Source: Nanobdellota archaeon (GTDB lineage: Archaea; Nanobdellota; Nanobdellia; Woesearchaeales; GW2011-AR4). From it: a DNA stretch of 64,000 nucleotides. Positions 47,713 through 57,521 of the stretch are shown piece by piece. The notes under the pieces are model-generated. The model saw only the letters and a list, made by a program, of their open reading frames with translations, was not told where the DNA came from and did not search any database. The stretch covers positions 96,001-160,000 of the forward strand of contig JBBSWH010000001.1 in the NCBI GenBank assembly GCA_038046385.1. The letters are read 5' to 3'. Each line of letters starts with the position of its first letter. Positions within the stretch are counted from its first letter, which is position 1. A program made the position numbers and the translations under genes.

Positions 47713-48549
47713 ATGGACAAAAACAGCGCTTTAGTGGTATTTCAGGATAAGAGAATAAGAAGGATATGGCACAATAACGAATGGCACTTTTCTGTTATAG
47801 ATGTTATAAATGCTTTGGAAGCAAGCACTATTCCAAAAAGATATTGGTCTGACTTAAAGGCAAAACTATCAGAAGAAGGATTTGAACCGTACGATAAAAT
47901 CGTACAGTTGAAACTGCCAGCAGAAGATGGCAAACTAAGAGAGACCGATTGCGCCAACACAAAGGACTTATTTAGAATTATCCAGTCCATCCCTTCCCCA
48001 AAAGCTGAACCATTTAAGCTTTGGCTTGCTCAAGTGGGTTATGACAGGGTACAGGAAATAGAAAACCCGGAGCTGGCGCAAAAGCGCATGAAAGATATTT
48101 ACAAGCAAAAGGGTTATTCAGAAGATTGGATTGAAAAAAGAGTAAGGGGCATTGCCATAAGAGATGAGCTAACTGATGAATGGAAGAAAAGAGGAGTAAA
48201 ACAAGATATAGAATACTCTATTTTAACAGCAGAAATTTCAAAAGCCACGTTCGGCATGACTCCAAGTGAATATCAAAAATTTAAGGGACTGAAAAGAGAA
48301 AATTTACGGGACCACATGAACGATTTGGAACTAATCTTTTCCATGCTTGGCGAAAAGGTTTCAACAGAGATAACAAAAAATGAAGATAAGCAAGGATTTG
48401 CAGAAGTTGAAGATGCTGCAAAAAGAGGCGGAAAAGTGGCGGGCAATGCACGAAAAGACACGGAAAAAGAACTAAAGCACCCTGTGACCTCAAAAGAAAA
48501 TTATCTTTCTGAAACTGAGAAAAAGAAAAGGCTGGAAAACAAAAAATAG
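47713..48549 (+). CDS. Bro-N domain (phage antirepressor-like) protein
   Basis: IRRIW..WHFSVIDV, YWSDLK, RIIQSIPSPKAEPFKLWLA, NLRDHMNDLELIF. Confidence 0.88.
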   Translation: MDKNSALVVFQDKRIRRIWHNNEWHFSVIDVINALEASTIPKRYWSDLKAKLSEEGFEPYDKIVQLKLPAEDGKLRETDCANTKDLFRIIQSIPSPKAEPFKLWLAQVGYDRVQEIENPELAQKRMKDIYKQKGYSEDWIEKRVRGIAIRDELTDEWKKRGVKQDIEYSILTAEISKATFGMTPSEYQKFKGLKRENLRDHMNDLELIFSMLGEKVSTEITKNEDKQGFAEVEDAAKRGGKVAGNARKDTEKELKHPVTSKENYLSETEKKKRLENKK

Positions 48550-48708
48550 CTTTCTTTCAAACCCGCTTATAAATTAAAAATGGAAACAAAACTTTCCAAG
48601 TGTAAGTAAAAGTTTACATAAGCCTGTTTTGCCATCGTTCTCGTTATAATAAATAAAAAATGCCTCTTTTCAGCAACCTTTATAAATGAGGCAAATGTTC
48701 TTTTCTTC

Positions 48709-49425
48709 ATGGACGTAGCAATTTTGCACTCAGGCGGAAAGGACAGCACCTTTGCAATATATCATGCAAAGCAGAAGGGCTGGAACGTAAAGTACACAAT
48801 ATCAGTCAAACCTACAAGGAAAGACTGCTTCTTATTCCATTTTGCAACAGTTGAGCACACAAAAGAGTTTGCTAAAGACCTTAAAGTTCCTCATTTCTAT
48901 GTTTCATGCGATGTAGCTGATCCAGTTCAGGAAGCCGACATTGTAAGAAAAGTTGTTGAAAACAACCAGAAGACAATGAAAGTTGACGCTGTTGTTCTAG
49001 GCGGAACAGGATTACAGGAAACGCAGTTAAGAAGTGTCCAGAACGCTTTGAGGCCGTTCGGCATCGATGTTTTCGCAGCCCATGCCGGAGAAGAGCACGA
49101 CATTGTTGTTGAAAAGATGCTGGATGCAGGATTCGAGATAATGGTCACGCAGATTGCTTCTGATGGATTGAAACAGTGGCTTGGAAAGACAATCACAAAG
49201 GAAAACTTTTCACAATTGAAGAAAGATTCTGTCAAATACGGCTTCCACGTTGGATTTGAAGGAGGATATGCTGATACTTTGGTAACAGACTGCCCGCTTT
49301 ATTCAAGAAAGATGATTGTAGAAAACATGTCAATCATAATGGAAGACAACTACTGCGGGCATGTTGTAATTAACAAATACAGGATGGAAGCAAAGCCTAT
49401 AAAAATTCTTAGTTCTTTGAATTAA
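48709..49425 (+). CDS. Diphthine-ammonia ligase (Dph6)-family PP-loop ATPase
   Basis: LHSGGKDS, GFEGGYADTLVTDCP. Confidence 0.8.
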   Translation: MDVAILHSGGKDSTFAIYHAKQKGWNVKYTISVKPTRKDCFLFHFATVEHTKEFAKDLKVPHFYVSCDVADPVQEADIVRKVVENNQKTMKVDAVVLGGTGLQETQLRSVQNALRPFGIDVFAAHAGEEHDIVVEKMLDAGFEIMVTQIASDGLKQWLGKTITKENFSQLKKDSVKYGFHVGFEGGYADTLVTDCPLYSRKMIVENMSIIMEDNYCGHVVINKYRMEAKPIKILSSLN

Positions 49426-49480
49426 ATTCTAAAATAAAAAATTTAAAAAAATAAGATTATTGGTGGCATTCTAAGTGGTA

Positions 49481-49880
49481 TTTGACATTTAAGACTGCCA
49501 GCCTTTCTGCAGCGCTGGTTATTCAGCTTATGCCGTATCCTGGTGCAGTTAATGCTCCATAGTAAGGCATAAGTTGATCTGGCACGGCACTTTTAGGCAA
49601 ACTAGATAATGCTTCATCAAATTCGATTACTAATGCCCTTAATTCAAGATTAGAATTTGTCCTTGCATGTTCACGTTGTGCCGGATCAGCAAGCCATGGA
49701 CTTATTTCTAAAATTCTTGTTACGAATATTGCACTCTCAAGGAGAGCCATACCTTGATTAAATCCAGGCTGTGCCTGTGTTGTTTGTGCTGGTGCTGTCA
49801 TTTTTATTTCCCTCCATATCAATTTTATATTATGACACAAAGCAATCTATGCTTATATCCCTTTTGACTTAAATGTCAAA
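49481..49880. repeat. 13-bp inverted repeat pair bracketing a small gene
   Basis: TTTGACATTTAAG (49481-49493) / CTTAAATGTCAAA (49868-49880). Confidence 0.55.
49523..49801 (-). CDS. Hypothetical protein
   Basis: Start MTAPAQTTQ after RBS GGAGG. Confidence 0.6.
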   Translation of the reverse strand: MTAPAQTTQAQPGFNQGMALLESAIFVTRILEISPWLADPAQREHARTNSNLELRALVIEFDEALSSLPKSAVPDQLMPYYGALTAPGYGIS

Positions 49881-49943
49881 AAACAAAGAAAAATGACAAA
49901 TCTGACAAAAAAGTTTAAAAACCGACACGTATTTGTGTCATGA

Positions 49944-50588
49944 ATGAAGAACATAAGGGAAGAAGTGTGGAAGTTTCTTGATTCTGACATTTCAATAAAG
50001 AAAGATTTGGGAAGAAAAATCATAAATGTAAGAAGCCTTGCGAAACATATAGCTGCAACTCAGAAAATAAACGGAAATCTTGATGCAGTCATAAGCGCAA
50101 TAAGGAGGTATTCTGTAGACCACAAAAAAACAGAGGAAAGCCATTCTGTCGGAGAAGTTTTAAAGCAGGCAAAGTTGTCAATAAGGACAAAAATGTCTTC
50201 TTTATTGCTTAAAAGAACAGATTTAGTAAAGACAAAATTGGGAAGGCCTGACAGCTTAATGGACTACAAAGGGCACGATATTGTGAGAGTTATGGAAGGC
50301 TCGCAGGCATTGACAATAGTTATTGACCAGAAGAATTTTGAAAAGACAAAGTCGCATTTTCCGAAAGAAGTCATTCTGGAAGAAAACAGGCATATAGGAA
50401 TGATAGAAATAAATTATCCAAAAGTACTGAAAAAAACTCCAGGCGTTTTTTCCATTATCTACAACGAGCTTGCAGAGAACGGCATAAGCATTGTTGACGC
50501 GTTGATATCCTCAAATGAGCACATTCTTTTGATAGAAGAAGATAAGCTTTTGAAAGCGTTTGATTTGATTTACAAGCTTTGCAATTAA
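49944..50588 (+). CDS. ACT-domain-containing putative regulator
   Basis: INVRSLAK..AVISAIRRY N-terminal domain; TPGVFSIIYNELAENGISIVD ACT-like C-terminus. Confidence 0.8.
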   Translation: MKNIREEVWKFLDSDISIKKDLGRKIINVRSLAKHIAATQKINGNLDAVISAIRRYSVDHKKTEESHSVGEVLKQAKLSIRTKMSSLLLKRTDLVKTKLGRPDSLMDYKGHDIVRVMEGSQALTIVIDQKNFEKTKSHFPKEVILEENRHIGMIEINYPKVLKKTPGVFSIIYNELAENGISIVDALISSNEHILLIEEDKLLKAFDLIYKLCN

Positions 50589-50664
50589 GAAATTATTAAG
50601 TTCCTGCACAAGTTAAGGTATATCTTCAGGCTGTGTTGGAGCTGTCATTTTATCAGTAAGATAT

Positions 50665-51075
50665 TTATTTGCTATAGTTAGATGGCTGTGGGCAAGAGAA
50701 CACATATTTAATTCCAATTAAGTTGGGATTACCCTCTTTCCTTGCTGCAATAACAGTTACAAGATCTCCATTTCTAACTTCTACGTTGCCGGCTCTTGGC
50801 ATAGAAACGGTTTTTTCCAAGCCGTCAAAATGAAGAATATCCACGTCCCACCCTGGGCTGTCAATACTTCTACCAGCAATGTGTTTTTTTTCTACTGCAG
50901 TAACCCTGCCGCTAATGCACTCTTTTGGAAGGCTGTCGAATCTGTCTATATCATATTTTATCGCGCCTATAACCAATGCAGCTGCAGCACCTACTGCTAA
51001 AAAATGAGAATAATGTATATCATTCTTTTTAACATGATTAGCCATATGCCGTTCAACAACAGGGTCAGTTTTCAT
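50665..51075 (-). CDS. Hypothetical single-TM protein
   Basis: FLAVGAAAALVIGAI followed by a beta-rich domain. Confidence 0.6.
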   Translation of the reverse strand: MKTDPVVERHMANHVKKNDIHYSHFLAVGAAAALVIGAIKYDIDRFDSLPKECISGRVTAVEKKHIAGRSIDSPGWDVDILHFDGLEKTVSMPRAGNVEVRNGDLVTVIAARKEGNPNLIGIKYVFSCPQPSNYSK

Positions 51076-51105
51076 TTTTAAAAATAAAAAAAAGAAATAA
51101 AAAGC

Positions 51106-51528
51106 TTACTTAAGGTGAGCGCTCTTGAACTTGCTTCCCCATGCAAGGGTTCCTGCGCCAACTGCATAAACTACTGCAAGGCCTGCAAGAAGCACTATTG
51201 TAAATTCATAGCCTCCGTTTGAAATAAAGAAGCCGTTCTTTATGTGCACCTTGAAAAGAGCAACAAGCATTGTCACTGCCAGCAATACTGAAGACCATCT
51301 TGTCAGTATTCCGACAACAAGGGCAAGCCCGCCGAAAAACTCAACAGCAGACACAAGAAGCGCTGCGTATGCCGGTGCAGGCAATCCAATTGCTGCAAAG
51401 AATGCAACTGTTCCCTTAAATGCTCCAGGAACAAATAATTTAACATATCCGTGGTATGCAAACACTGCACCCAGAACAACTCTCAAAAGGGCCAATGCCC
51501 ATTCATTTAATTTACCGTTCTTTGCCAT
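51106..51528 (-). CDS. DoxX family membrane protein
   Basis: LLRVVLGAVFAYHGYVKL, EFFGGLALVVGILTR, GGYEF, GAG. Confidence 0.93.
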   Translation of the reverse strand: MAKNGKLNEWALALLRVVLGAVFAYHGYVKLFVPGAFKGTVAFFAAIGLPAPAYAALLVSAVEFFGGLALVVGILTRWSSVLLAVTMLVALFKVHIKNGFFISNGGYEFTIVLLAGLAVVYAVGAGTLAWGSKFKSAHLK

Positions 51529-51635
51529 TTAATCACCACCAAAATTATTAAAGATTATGGATGGAATATATGCACCCACTATTGAATAGTAAACAATATC
51601 CTCTTTAAAAACATTTCGGTCAAGGAGCGTTGCGT

Positions 51636-51725
51636 AGCCAACAATATGGCTGGTCGGACGGGGGACGTCCCTTACGGGGTGTCCGACGAGGAGCGAAACG
51701 ACGACAGCCTATATTATTGTTGGCT
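51636..51725. other. GC-rich multi-stem palindromic element (REP/MITE-like or ncRNA)
   Basis: AGCCAACAAT/ATTGTTGGCT outer stem; GGCT/AGCC; GTCG/CGAC; GGACGTCCC-TTAC-GGGGTGTCC. Confidence 0.6.
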
Positions 51726-51751
51726 TAATATCAAACAACAAGAAAATATTT

Positions 51752-52150
51752 TTACTTCATCTTGGAGCTTTTGTAGACATTCGGCATATACGACCCGATT
51801 CTGTAAACATCGGCTTTAATGCCTCTTTTCTTTAATTCATCTTCAAGTTCCTGTTTTTGAACGCGCTGGTCATAGCCAAGGCAGATTACATTCGGCTTTA
51901 TCTCTTCTATTATATCAAATATGCTTCCGGATTTGCCAAGTACAGCTTCATTAACAATATCAAGCGACCTTATTCCTTCCAGCCTTTGCTTTTCATTATG
52001 CAAGGGTTTTCTTCCTTTCATTCTTTCAGATGTTTCATCCCTTGCGACAACAACAACTAGCTTGTCTCCTAGCTTTTTTGCTTCAGCAAAGAAGAATAAA
52101 TGCCCCGGATGCACAATGTCAAAAGTGCCTGCGCACATTACTGTTTTCAT
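51752..52150 (-). CDS. ribL: FAD synthase (cytidylyltransferase family)
   Basis: GTFDIVHPGH, VVVARD, IKPNVICLGYDQ, SSK. Confidence 0.85.
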   Translation of the reverse strand: MKTVMCAGTFDIVHPGHLFFFAEAKKLGDKLVVVVARDETSERMKGRKPLHNEKQRLEGIRSLDIVNEAVLGKSGSIFDIIEEIKPNVICLGYDQRVQKQELEDELKKRGIKADVYRIGSYMPNVYKSSKMK

Positions 52151-52200
52151 AATCAAAGGCTAAAAGAACACATTTTAAAAATGTTATGAATAAAGAAATT

Positions 52201-52662
52201 TCAATGGCAGACTTTAGCGCCTCTTTTCTCTAAATACTGCTGATGATACTCTTCCGCTTCGTAGAATTCAGAAGCAGGAACGATTTCTGTTGCAATGCGG
52301 ACTTTTAATTTCTTGAAAACTGCTTCTTTTGATTTTTCAGCTGATTTCTTCTGTGCATCATTATGATAAAATATCGCGCTCCTGTACTGTATTCCAACGT
52401 CAGGCCCCTGCCTGTTTAACTGTGTCGGATCATGATTGCCCCAGAAAACGTCAAGCAGTTTATCATATGAAGCTTTTTTTGGATTAAATGCGACTTCAAC
52501 AGCCTCTGCATGGCCTGTTTCATCGGTGCAGACATCTTCATAAGAAGGGTTTTTTGTCTTTCCTCCGGTGTAGCCGACTCTTGTTGACACTACCCCTTTT
52601 ACATTGCGAAAAGTTGCTTCAACGCCCCAGAAGCACCCTGCTGCAAATGTTGCCTTTTCCAT
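52201..52662 (-). CDS. msrA: Peptide methionine sulfoxide reductase A
   Basis: FAAGCFWG, GHAEAV, QYRSAIF, AEEYHQQYL. Confidence 0.97.
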   Translation of the reverse strand: MEKATFAAGCFWGVEATFRNVKGVVSTRVGYTGGKTKNPSYEDVCTDETGHAEAVEVAFNPKKASYDKLLDVFWGNHDPTQLNRQGPDVGIQYRSAIFYHNDAQKKSAEKSKEAVFKKLKVRIATEIVPASEFYEAEEYHQQYLEKRGAKVCH

Positions 52663-52716
52663 AACAATAATAAAAATACATCGCTTTAAATATTTTTACC
52701 AGAATACATCGGAAAT

Positions 52717-53922
52717 CTAGGTAATCTTTGTGATTTTCTTTACTTCTTCTGCAAAAATTTCAGCTTCTTTCTCTGTGTTGTAAAAATAAACAGATGCCCT
52801 TATGCTTCCTTCAATCTTTCTTTTGTTAAACCAGCTGTGGGCGCAGTGGAATCCGCTCCTTACCATTATCTTTTTTGACGACTCAAGCATCTTTGCAGCT
52901 TCATGCGGGTTTATTCCTTTTATATTGAAAGAGAATATTCCGCTTCTTTTTTCCGGGTTCTTTGGCCCGAGTATGGATATTTTTTCATTTGCAATTAGGA
53001 TGTCCGTGATTATTTTATTTAGCTTTATTTCGTGCGCTTCGATTTTGCCAATGCCTGTATTTTTCAGGTACCTGCACGCTTCCCCCAGGCCGATTATGCC
53101 TGCATAGTCCTGCAGCCCTGCCTCAAATTTCATCGGGACATCTTCTTCAATGTATCCTTCATAAGTAGAATCTTTTACAGTCTCTCCGCCGACAATGAAC
53201 TGGTCCAGCTGCTCAAGAAGGCTCTTTTTTCCGTAAAGAACTCCTGTTCCAGTCGGTCCAAGCATCTTGTGGCCTGAAAACGCAAGAAAATCCACATCCA
53301 GGTCTTTAACATCTATCCTTTTCCCGGGAGCAGCCTGGGCGGCATCAACTAGGGTGAGAGATTTGTTTTCATGCGCAATTTTTACAATATCTTTTATCGG
53401 GTTTGTTATTCCGTCGACGTTTGAAGTGTAAACCACAGAAACAAGCCTTGTTTTTTTGGTTATCGCCCTTTTGAAATTTTCAATATTGAATGTCCCATCA
53501 TCATTTGTATGCGCAACTATCACCTTTACCCCTTTCTTTCTGAGCCTAAGCCAGGGTATCAAATTTGAGTTGTGCTCTTTGTCTGTGATTATTATTTCAT
53601 CGCCGTTTTTGAACTCAAGCCCGTTTGCAACAATGTTGATTCCTTCTGTCGTGTTTCTTGTAAAAACAATTTCAGAGTCTGATTTTGCATTGATGTGGCT
53701 TCTTACTGCTTCCCTTGATTTTGCAATTTCATCTTCGACTTTTTTTGCAAAAGAATGCGAGCTTCTTCCGGCGCATGCAGTGTAATCATTGTAATACTCG
53801 TTCATCTTGTCAATAACCTGCTTCGGCTTTAAGGACATGCACGCGTTGTCAAAATAGATTATCGGCTTTGAAAGCATTGGAAAATCTTTCCTTGCTTTTT
53901 CAGGATCAAATCCTAAAATCAT
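52717..53922 (-). CDS. Cysteine desulfurase, SufS-like
   Basis: YFDNA, FTRNTTE, EHNSN, DAAQ, FSGHKMLGPTG, RSGFHCA. Confidence 0.93.
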   Translation of the reverse strand: MILGFDPEKARKDFPMLSKPIIYFDNACMSLKPKQVIDKMNEYYNDYTACAGRSSHSFAKKVEDEIAKSREAVRSHINAKSDSEIVFTRNTTEGINIVANGLEFKNGDEIIITDKEHNSNLIPWLRLRKKGVKVIVAHTNDDGTFNIENFKRAITKKTRLVSVVYTSNVDGITNPIKDIVKIAHENKSLTLVDAAQAAPGKRIDVKDLDVDFLAFSGHKMLGPTGTGVLYGKKSLLEQLDQFIVGGETVKDSTYEGYIEEDVPMKFEAGLQDYAGIIGLGEACRYLKNTGIGKIEAHEIKLNKIITDILIANEKISILGPKNPEKRSGIFSFNIKGINPHEAAKMLESSKKIMVRSGFHCAHSWFNKRKIEGSIRASVYFYNTEKEAEIFAEEVKKITKIT

Positions 53923-54836
53923 TTTTTCAGCTCCCTGTCGATTATTGTCTTAAACGTCCTGAACGGCTTTGGCCCTGTAATCCTTTGCCCGTTGATGAAA
54001 AAAGTCGGCGTTCCTGAAACTCTTGCAAGATATCCCTGCGATGTGTCTGAATCAACTTCATTTTTATATTTCTCGCTTTCAAGGCATTTGCTGAATTTTG
54101 AAGAATTCATTCCTGCTTTTTCTGAAAGCTCAACGAGCAGTTTGCTGCTGAAGTTCTGCTGGTTTTCAAAAAGGAGATTATGGTATTCAAGATATTTTCC
54201 CTGCTCGATTGCGCATTCTGCTGACAGCGCAGCAATATATCCTGTGTCGTGCCTTGGGATGACCATTGTCTTGAACTGCAGGTTGACCTTTCCGTCATAA
54301 TATTCAAGCACTTCACGCATAATCGGCTCTGCATGTTTAGTGTACTGGCAGGCGTAGCAGCCAAATTCTATAATTGTCAATTGCGCATCCTTATTCCCTA
54401 TTATTGGATCATTTGCTTCAACTTGAGGAATCACAGGCGGCCCTGAAATATTGCTTTCTGATGCTGAAATTGCGCTGTTTGACCCTGTCGGATCAAGAAG
54501 GCAGAATCCGACATCAGAAGGCCCGTTGCAGTTCCCATATTGGACATAGTTATAAATTCCAACTGAAGATGAATATGTGCTCCATATGAACAATGCCAGT
54601 ATTACCCAGGATATTATTTTGTAGTTTCTAAGTATGCATCCTGCAGCTTTTGGAGAAAACTTAAAAATACTTCCTGCCATTGAAGCTTTTATCCTGTCAT
54701 CAAGGCCGCTTTTGCATTTCCTTAAAGTTACAGTGTGAAAAATGCAGTTAAGAGAATCTTTTGCAAGCTTCCTGTACTTTAAGCTGAAGATTCCGAGTAT
54801 TGCAAAAACCGGCAGTGCTATTATGCATAAAACCAT
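53919..54836 (-). CDS. DsbA-family thioredoxin protein with N-terminal membrane domain
   Basis: IIEFGCYACQYT, AECAIEQGKY, GTPTFFING; canonical CxxC altered. Confidence 0.85.
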   Translation of the reverse strand: MVLCIIALPVFAILGIFSLKYRKLAKDSLNCIFHTVTLRKCKSGLDDRIKASMAGSIFKFSPKAAGCILRNYKIISWVILALFIWSTYSSSVGIYNYVQYGNCNGPSDVGFCLLDPTGSNSAISASESNISGPPVIPQVEANDPIIGNKDAQLTIIEFGCYACQYTKHAEPIMREVLEYYDGKVNLQFKTMVIPRHDTGYIAALSAECAIEQGKYLEYHNLLFENQQNFSSKLLVELSEKAGMNSSKFSKCLESEKYKNEVDSDTSQGYLARVSGTPTFFINGQRITGPKPFRTFKTIIDRELKK

Positions 54837-54908
54837 TTATTTTCCACCTTGTATTTGCCGAGCCTGTATCTATTAATTAAGCTTTTGCTTTTGTTTGATA
54901 TCATAAAA

Positions 54909-54999
54909 TGGGGCTGCCCGGATTTGAACCGGGGCCGGACCCAGATTGGCAACTCAGTTGTCCCCAAGGGCCAATTCTACCTAGCTATACTACAGCCCC
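54909..54999 (-). tRNA. tRNA-Pro(GGG) with canonical 18-nt intron at 37/38 (54944-54961)
   Basis: GGGGCTG/CAGCCCC+A73; GGCCC-TT-GGG-G..T-GGGTC; BHB TTGG/CCAA with GGA and TCT bulges; CCCGG-TTCAAAT-CCGGG. Confidence 0.93.
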
Positions 55000-55088
55000 A
55001 ATATGAAGAAGCAATCTGTTTCTTATTTTTAAATCTAATGCAAAGGTTTTAAAATAGGGTTTATTAACCTACTTATTAGGAGTATCAA

Positions 55089-55643
55089 ATGAGCTTAGGA
55101 ACAATTAATGAAGCGGGCATTGTTGATGTTATAGATGGGATACTGCGAGAAAAAGATGTGTTTGCCCCTGTACAAGGCTCTTTTGTACCCGGACCATCAA
55201 AACGCGTATTGCTTGCAGATTCAACTCCTGAAGCAGCACTCTTAAAACAGAGTCTTGAAGAGATGTCGGGTGTAGGGAAGGTAACCCACATAAGAAGCTA
55301 CTTTGACTGGGTTCGCCTTGCAGACAACCATAGGTATGATGCTTACGTTGTAGACCCGTCACTCCCGATGGAAAATGGAGCAAGATATGAGAATCATGGC
55401 CTAGATATAATACGTAGCTTGCTAAATTCAAGAACAGATATCGGAAAGATTTGGGTGCACGGCAGCAACATTGAACTGCTTAAGGCAGCGGAAGAAGCGC
55501 CTATGTTAAATGGGAGGGAGATCCTATCGAATGTCTACCTAAGATCAACAGACGAAATCCCTAAACTCAGAAACACTCCTGTATTTTTGGCAGACATATC
55601 CCTTTTTCTCAGGACTCACGGACAGTTAGGATACTTAAATTAA
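55089..55643 (+). CDS. Receiver (CheY)-like domain protein, degenerate
   Basis: RVLLAD...YDAYVVDPSLP....GLDIIRSL. Confidence 0.55.
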   Translation: MSLGTINEAGIVDVIDGILREKDVFAPVQGSFVPGPSKRVLLADSTPEAALLKQSLEEMSGVGKVTHIRSYFDWVRLADNHRYDAYVVDPSLPMENGARYENHGLDIIRSLLNSRTDIGKIWVHGSNIELLKAAEEAPMLNGREILSNVYLRSTDEIPKLRNTPVFLADISLFLRTHGQLGYLN

Positions 55644-55650
55644 ACTGATT

Positions 55651-55824
55651 CTATTTTTTCTTTTTAGACAAACCGCAGAATACATTGTCAATGCTTACCA
55701 AAACAAACAAGACAGAAACACCAAAAAGTATTTTGTTTACAACCATTCCTGCATAAACTGAAAATGCTATGCCGATTAATGCAAGAATTGCATAAATTCT
55801 GGATCTTAACGTGAATTTCTTCAT
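55651..55824 (-). CDS. Small 2-TM membrane protein (57 aa, below the ORF track cut-off)
   Basis: MKKFTLRSRIYAILALIGIAFSVYAG...KKKK; ATGA overlap with the protease stop codon. Confidence 0.65.
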   Translation of the reverse strand: MKKFTLRSRIYAILALIGIAFSVYAGMVVNKILFGVSVLFVLVSIDNVFCGLSKKKK

Positions 55825-56759
55825 GGGTTATTCTGCTCGTAAGTGCTTATCAGCCCTGCTGATATATCATTAACATTGTTGGAAGTGATTGCAAAGCCCA
55901 GCCCTTCAAAAGAAGATGCCTTGAAGTTGTTTATCCCGACTATTTCGCTTTTTATGTTGACAAGAGGCCCTCCGGAATTGCCCGGGTTGATTGGGACATC
56001 TATCTGCAGATAGTCATAATTGTTGAATTCCCTGAATGCGCTGACAATTCCTTCTGTAACTGTGAAATCAAGCCCTGCAGGGTTTCCTGCTGCAATAACC
56101 CTTTCTCCGACTTTCATATCATCAGAATTTCCGAATTCAAGGTATTTTAAATTTGGCGCATTTATTTTCAAAACGGCAATGTCTGCCGGCCCGTCGTATC
56201 CTACAAGCTGGACGTTGCTGTAAGAATCCCCGTTATTTGTAATAATCTTGACAGAAGTTGCTCCGTTTATTACGTGCACATTTGTTATGACATATCCTTT
56301 GCTGCTGATTATGACTCCGCTTCCCCTTGCCTTGTCTGTCTGAATGCTGACAGTAGCGTCAAGCACATCGTTGACAATCGCAGAAAAGTCTGCGCTCTTT
56401 ATCTGGATGTTTTTTAATTCCCCTTTTAATTCTGTCAGCTGTATGTTGCTTTGCTGTTCTATCTGTTCTATCAATCTTGTTAATGTGTTAACTTCTTCTT
56501 CATTCTGCTTCTTGAAATGGTCTAACGATGCATCAATCTGGATTATGCTGGAATTCAACAGGTCAACATTGCTTTCAATGGAGCTTCTAACATTCTTAAG
56601 GCCCTCTATTGTTGTTCTGCTTAAGTCCGTTATCTTAAGATCATAATCCTGTTTTAAAATATCCATCCTGTAATTAAAATAAAAAACAAGAGATGCGGAC
56701 AGCATTACTATTCCGAGGAATATAAGAATCAATTTTTGGTGCTGTTTCTGCATTTTCAC
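55821..56759 (-). CDS. Membrane-anchored trypsin-like (HtrA-type, no PDZ) serine protease
   Basis: GSGVII, ITNVHV, DIAVLKI, INPGNSGGPL; N-terminal TM and coiled coil. Confidence 0.92.
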   Translation of the reverse strand: MKMQKQHQKLILIFLGIVMLSASLVFYFNYRMDILKQDYDLKITDLSRTTIEGLKNVRSSIESNVDLLNSSIIQIDASLDHFKKQNEEEVNTLTRLIEQIEQQSNIQLTELKGELKNIQIKSADFSAIVNDVLDATVSIQTDKARGSGVIISSKGYVITNVHVINGATSVKIITNNGDSYSNVQLVGYDGPADIAVLKINAPNLKYLEFGNSDDMKVGERVIAAGNPAGLDFTVTEGIVSAFREFNNYDYLQIDVPINPGNSGGPLVNIKSEIVGINNFKASSFEGLGFAITSNNVNDISAGLISTYEQNNP

Positions 56760-56784
56760 TCTTTTTTACTTATTTGCCTGAAAT

Positions 56785-57078
56785 TCACTCTTTTATTTGA
56801 AACTCTGCATCAATGTAACTCTTCTTCTTTTTATGCTTTTTGCCTGTGAGCTTCAGCCTTATGACAGTAATCAAAAGAATCAATAGCGATATGAGGAAGA
56901 CTAAAAGGATAATGATTAGTGAAAATGCCATGAATCCGCCTATTATTATAAGGTACCATTTTGAGATTAATGCAAGCATTGTCCATGACTTGTCTTTTGA
57001 ATAAAGATAGATGAAGTAGATGACTATCAGGCTGAAAACAGAGCCTATTCCAAAGTTCCATTTTTTTCCTGAAATCAT
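56785..57078 (-). CDS. Hypothetical membrane protein
   Basis: Two hydrophobic segments; C-terminal YIDAEFQIKE. Confidence 0.65.
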   Translation of the reverse strand: MISGKKWNFGIGSVFSLIVIYFIYLYSKDKSWTMLALISKWYLIIIGGFMAFSLIIILLVFLISLLILLITVIRLKLTGKKHKKKKSYIDAEFQIKE

Positions 57079-57083
57079 CTTAA

Positions 57084-57464
57084 TCAGCAGAAGTTTTCTT
57101 TTATGAAAGAAGCCATTTGGGCATTGTCAGCAGCTTCGTAAGCCTTTGCAGCAAGCGCATAGTTCTTTGCCTGTATGCACAGCACTGCTGCATCGTTTAA
57201 CCTGTCTTTGTCTTTAGTGGGAATAAAACACATTGTTGCAATATCTGATTTTCTCTCTTTCATGAAAGCATCTCCCAGCGCTATCAGCTTGCTAATCTCG
57301 CCTGCTTTTGCCATTATGTCAACAGCTTCCTGGTGCTTGTTCTGCTTGAAAAGCTTTTCTCCAACATCGCTTAAGATTCTTTTTTGGGCTTCTTCGCTGA
57401 GCATGGAAATATTTACAGAATTAATCCCTTCTTTCATTATTTTCTCGACAATCGGGTGTTCCAT
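57084..57464 (-). CDS. Short paralog of the alpha-solenoid protein at 1573-2325
   Basis: EGINSVNISML vs KGIDNVNLSMF; MASFIKENF vs MVTFIRENF. Confidence 0.8.
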   Translation of the reverse strand: MEHPIVEKIMKEGINSVNISMLSEEAQKRILSDVGEKLFKQNKHQEAVDIMAKAGEISKLIALGDAFMKERKSDIATMCFIPTKDKDRLNDAAVLCIQAKNYALAAKAYEAADNAQMASFIKENFC

Positions 57465-57521
57465 GGATGTTTAATATTGGCGCCTGCTTAATAAAGTTTT
57501 GTATTGGAGGTATACTATTAA

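Noticed and set aside
47713-48549. Prophage or provirus around the Bro-N gene
   Set aside because: No integrase, capsid, terminase or replication genes nearby; stand-alone gene
54849-55052. 67-aa plus-strand ORF
   Set aside because: Antisense to tRNA-Pro; shadow ORF
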